Positions 63,420 through 64,000 of a DNA stretch of 64,000 nucleotides are shown here, piece by piece. Below the pieces are notes generated by a model, which was given only the letters and a program-made list of their open reading frames with translations, was not told the origin of the DNA and ran no database searches. Numbering within the stretch: position 1 is the stretch's first letter; every line of letters begins with the position of its first letter. The DNA is from Escherichia phage 348Ecol098PP: sequence record OR062947.1. The stretch is one strand, 5' to 3'. Both the position numbers and the translations under genes were made by a program.

Positions 63420-63604
63420 ACAAATTAACTAAAGTTACTTTTATCGGTTGGTTTAAAAGCGGTGAGATGTTCACTAAAGATATCATGTTATCAGGTGATC
63501 GCGAAGAAATCGAGTGGGTTACGGTACAACTTGCTGAAGTGAACAACGCATTAGTTAAAGCATTTGTTAATGACGAGAAAGTTTTCGAAGCAGATTTTCA
63601 ATAA
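63416..63604 (+). CDS. dmd: Dmd-like antitoxin (inhibitor of host RnlA/LsoA toxins)
   Basis: 62 aa; KVTFIGWFKSGEMFTKDI and NNALVKAFVND resemble recalled T4 Dmd; position after 41. Confidence 0.5.
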   Translation: MNKLTKVTFIGWFKSGEMFTKDIMLSGDREEIEWVTVQLAEVNNALVKAFVNDEKVFEADFQ

Positions 63605-63616
63605 TTTTAAATAACT

Positions 63617-63650
63617 GTTTACAAGCACCACATACTGTGTTACTATCTTT
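63617..63650 (+). promoter_or_regulatory. early promoter
   Basis: GTTTACA ... gtgttactat. Confidence 0.5.
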
Positions 63651-63674
63651 CTATCAACTACAGAGGAAATTGAA

Positions 63675-64000
63675 ATGAAAAAATTAATCGCTTTAGCAAT
63701 GGTATTTGGATTAACCGGATGTGGTGCCCACGGCTTTATCCCTAATAACGTTGGCCAACTGATTTACAATCCGAATGTTAAACAGTATGACCAACCTAAA
63801 GTTGAAGTGGAAGACCCGGTTACTGTAGGTAATCGAATGATTCAAGCTGATACCCATGCTCAACGTTATCGTGACTCTGATACTGTAGCATTGTCAAAAG
63901 AACAACGCGTTAAAGAACATTGTCTACAGGCTACTGAAATCGCATTCATTCGCTATGTTGAAACAACTGGTAAAGAGCCTACCCAGAAACAAATCGTGAA
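63675..64000 (+). CDS. lipoprotein, 5-prime partial (continues beyond window)
   Basis: MKKLIALAMVFGLTGC lipobox; open frame to window end. Confidence 0.6.
   Translation, partial: MKKLIALAMVFGLTGCGAHGFIPNNVGQLIYNPNVKQYDQPKVEVEDPVTVGNRMIQADTHAQRYRDSDTVALSKEQRVKEHCLQATEIAFIRYVETTGKEPTQKQIV

Noticed and set aside
6826-63650. Repeated promoter/stem-loop cassettes considered as a possible CRISPR array or MITE family
   Set aside because: Spacing is irregular (hundreds to thousands of nt), each copy sits directly upstream of an ORF with -35/-10 geometry, and there is no repeat-spacer periodicity or adjacent cas gene.

Overview
This window is a T4-like (Tevenvirinae) myophage genome segment, read here in the reverse orientation of the usual T4 map. 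Almost all early and middle genes are on the + strand; the left end carries late baseplate genes on the - strand (53, 5, 5.1, 5.4, start of 6). Recognisable + strand genes in order: 4, 2, 3, 1, 57A, 57B, internal-protein-like genes, two tRNAs, nudE, e, denV, more internal-protein-like genes, a GrcA-like glycyl-radical protein, regB, tk, nrdC, 49, nrdD, nrdG, 55, 47, 46, 45.2, rpbA, 45, 44, 62, regA, 43, an inserted sugar-nucleotide module, a gene 42-like hydroxymethylase, uvsX, 40, 41 and a dmd-like gene. The 903-aa DNA polymerase matches, from memory, the phage RB69 gp43 sequence, so this is RB69 or a very close relative. The strongest candidate for a novel system is the block at 53.4-60.0 kb: a SIS-domain sugar-phosphate isomerase, a nucleotidyltransferase fused to an APH-like kinase, a HAD phosphatase, a Cys-rich enzyme, the hydroxymethylase, an unknown 299-aa protein and a thymidylate-kinase-like protein. 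These sit where T4 has imm and beta-glucosyltransferase, and the alpha-glucosyltransferase slot between 55 and 47 is empty. I read this as a pathway for a non-glucose glycosylation of hydroxymethylcytosine DNA, plausibly arabinosylation; this is inference from motifs and synteny, not a database result. Other notable features: seven paralogous genes with a T4 capsid-targeting N-terminus, repeated promoter/stem-loop cassettes (some duplicated exactly), two free-standing homing endonuclease genes, a macro-domain protein, nucleotidyltransferase-fold proteins, and three tandem small paralogs with a shared C-terminal motif. All calls rest on reading the sequence and recalled family motifs; coordinates of promoters and hairpins are approximate (about +/-2 nt), and CDS starts are adjusted from the ORF track where an internal ATG with a Shine-Dalgarno sequence is more plausible.
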